Part shown: piece by piece, positions 61,758 through 64,000 of the stretch
Position numbering within the stretch: the first letter of the stretch is position 1
Layout: the number at the start of each line of letters is the position of its first letter
Origin: Macrostomum hystrix
Lineage: Eukaryota > Animalia > Platyhelminthes
Length of the DNA: 64,000 bases
Reading direction: 5' to 3'
Assembly (NCBI GenBank): GCA_950097015.1
Contig: CATNEN010000039.1
Coordinates: 1,736,001 to 1,800,000 of the forward strand
Translations under genes and position numbers: made by a program
Notes under the pieces: generated by a model
What the model saw: the letters and a program-made list of their open reading frames with translations, nothing else
The model's database searches: none
Told to the model about the DNA's origin: nothing

Positions 61758-64000
61758 ATGCCTCAGTACTTCAACAAGCCGGAGAATGCGCTGAAGCGCG
61801 CCCAAGAATTCATGGAAGTGGAGAAGAAAGAATCGGCCCTGGACATCCTAGCCGAGGTGATGAAGTCCAAGCGGCACCGGCAGTGGAACCGGGTGCACGA
61901 GGACATTATGCTGATGTTCATGGACCTGTGCGTGGAACTGCGACGCAACCAGACCTTCAAGGAAGTCATTCACCAGTACAAGAACATGACGCTGAATGTG
62001 AATCCCAGTTCGCTGATTGACATTGTGCGCAAATACCTGGAGCAGGCGGATCGCAAGACCGAAGAGGCGCGCCAGCGTTCGAAAGCTGCCGTGTCCGCCG
62101 AGCAGGAAGAAGTTGACGATCTGGACGTCATCGAGACGCCCGAGAGTCTCATGATGTCGGCTGTCAGCGGCGAGACAACGCAGGATCGCTCGGATAGGGC
62201 CATCCTGGTGCCCTGGCTGAAGTTCATGTGGGAAAGCTACCGCCAGTGCCTGGACCTGTTGCGCAACAACAACAAGCTCGAGCGGCTGTACCACGACGTG
62301 GCCCAGATGGCGTTTCGCTTCTGCGAGAAGTACGGCAGGAAAACGGAATTCCGCAAGCTCAATGACATCCTGCGCAGTCACCTAGGCAAGTTCCAGGCCC
62401 AGCTGGCTTCTGGCCAGCCTGTGCCCACCACCGGTGTCAACCTCAGCAACCCCGACACCCAGGGCTATCACCTGGAGACTCGCCTATCCCAGCTGGAGTT
62501 CTCCATGAATCTGGAACTCTACAACGAGGCCTACAAGTCCATCGAGGACATCTGGAATCTCGTCACGCTGTCTAAGAAGTCGCCAAAGCCGAGCATCATG
62601 GCCAACTATTACACCAAGGTGGCTCTGGTGTTCTGGAAGTGCGGCAGTCACCTATTCCATGCTGCCGCTCTGCACAAGCTCTTCAATTTGCACCGCGAGC
62701 ACAAAAAGAATATGGCCAGCGAGGAGCTGCAGGTGAGCAAGTGGGAGATGCTGTGCTCCAAGTTTTACATTACCAATCATTTTTGAGTTCGGCTGATCTG
62801 AGATTTGGAATGCTCAAATTTTTTATAAGGCATTTAGTAAGGCATGCCATTAGGAAAAGTCATTGTTAAGCACGGCATGGGTGAGTCTGCCATTTGTGAG
62901 TACAGTATGAAACTATTTATTGATTATTGCAGTATGAAACTATTCACTGATGAGTACAGCATGAGTCTATTGATTGATGAGTACAGCATGAGTCTATTGA
63001 TTGATGAGTACAGTATGAATCTATTGATTGATGAGTACAGCATGAGTCTATTGATTGATGAGTACAGCATGAGTCTATTGATTGATGAGTACAGCATGAG
63101 TCTATTGATTGATGAGTACAGCATGAGTCTATTGATTGATGAGTACAGCATGAGTCTATTGATTGATGAGTACAGCATGAGTCTATTGATTGATGAGTAC
63201 AGTATGAATCTATTGATTTATGAGTACAGTATGAGTCTATTGATTGATGAGTACATTATGAGTCTATTGATTGATGAGTACAGTATGAGTCTATTGATTG
63301 ATGAGTACAGCATGAGTCTATTGATTGATGAGTACAGCATGAGTCTATTGATTGATGAGTACAGCATGAGTCTATTGATTGATGAGTACAGTATGAGTCT
63401 ATTGATTGATGAGTACAGCATGAGTCTATTGATTGATCAGTACAGCATGAGTCTATTGATTGATGAGTACAGTATGAGTTTATTGATTGATGAGTACAGC
63501 ATGAGTCTATTGATTGATGAGTACAGCATGAGTCTATTGATTGATCAGTACAGCATGAGTCTATTGATTGATGAGTACAGCATGAGTCTATTGATTGATG
63601 AGTACAGTATGAGTTTATTGATTGATGAGTACAGTATGAGTCTATTGATTGATGAGTACAGCATGAGTCTATTGATTGATGAGTTCAGTATGAATCTATT
63701 GATTTATGAGTACAGTATGAGTCTATTGATTGATGAGTACATTATGAGTCTATTGATTGATGAGTACAGTATGAGTCTATTGATTGATGAGTACAGCATG
63801 AGTCTATTGATCGATGAGTACAGTATGAGCACGGTCTGAGACGAGCTCAGGTCACTGGTGAGTTCCCCTGCCCGCCCGCAGACCATGGCCAGCACTGTGC
63901 TGTGCGCCACGCTGGCCATTCCGCTGCCGTTCGTGCGGGATCGGCACGCGGATTCGCTGCTGGAGTCGGGTGAGATCGCCAGCACAGCCAAGCAGAAGAT
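61758..64000 (+). CDS. EIF3A: Translation initiation factor 3 subunit A, 5' part; exons 61758-62732 and 63882->64000
   Basis: MPQYFNKPENALKRAQEF, PWLKFMWESYRQCLDLLRNN, RKTEFRKL, FHAAAL; the next exon reads TMASTVLCATLAIP in phase 0. Confidence 0.97.
62897..63830. repeat. 27-bp minisatellite (TGAGTACAGCATGAGTCTATTGATTGA), eIF3a intron
   Basis: About 34 units. Confidence 0.97.

Overview
Eukaryotic (metazoan, invertebrate) genomic DNA. GC-rich exons alternate with many locus-specific minisatellites, a style reminiscent of the flatworm Macrostomum; the species is an inference only. Gene models were built by hand from splice sites and reading phases: protein disulfide-isomerase (-, 3 exons, KEEL end), eEF2 kinase (+, 8 coding exons), a peptide-type class A GPCR (+, 2 exons), an intronless Tctex-1-domain protein (+), a SPATS1-like gene (-, 6 exons), a GT32 DxD glycosyltransferase (-, predicted GC-AG intron), RPA12/POLR1H (+), a C15orf61 homolog (+), an orphan 98-aa membrane protein (+) and the 5' part of eIF3a (+). 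Mobile DNA includes a Tourist-like MITE, an internally deleted Merlin element showing CpG decay, and three copies of a tRNA-derived SINE. The strongest leads are: an orphan histone-type stem-loop with a downstream purine element and no histone ORF; minisatellites that fill introns nearly edge to edge and share TCAGT(GA) or GGATT cores; a 37-bp satellite apparently carried by a dispersed element; a covarying SINE hairpin; and an operon-like, possibly trans-spliced cluster at the right end. Most long ORFs in the supplied track are artefacts of repeats or antisense shadows. No database searches were run; family calls come from recognised motifs.
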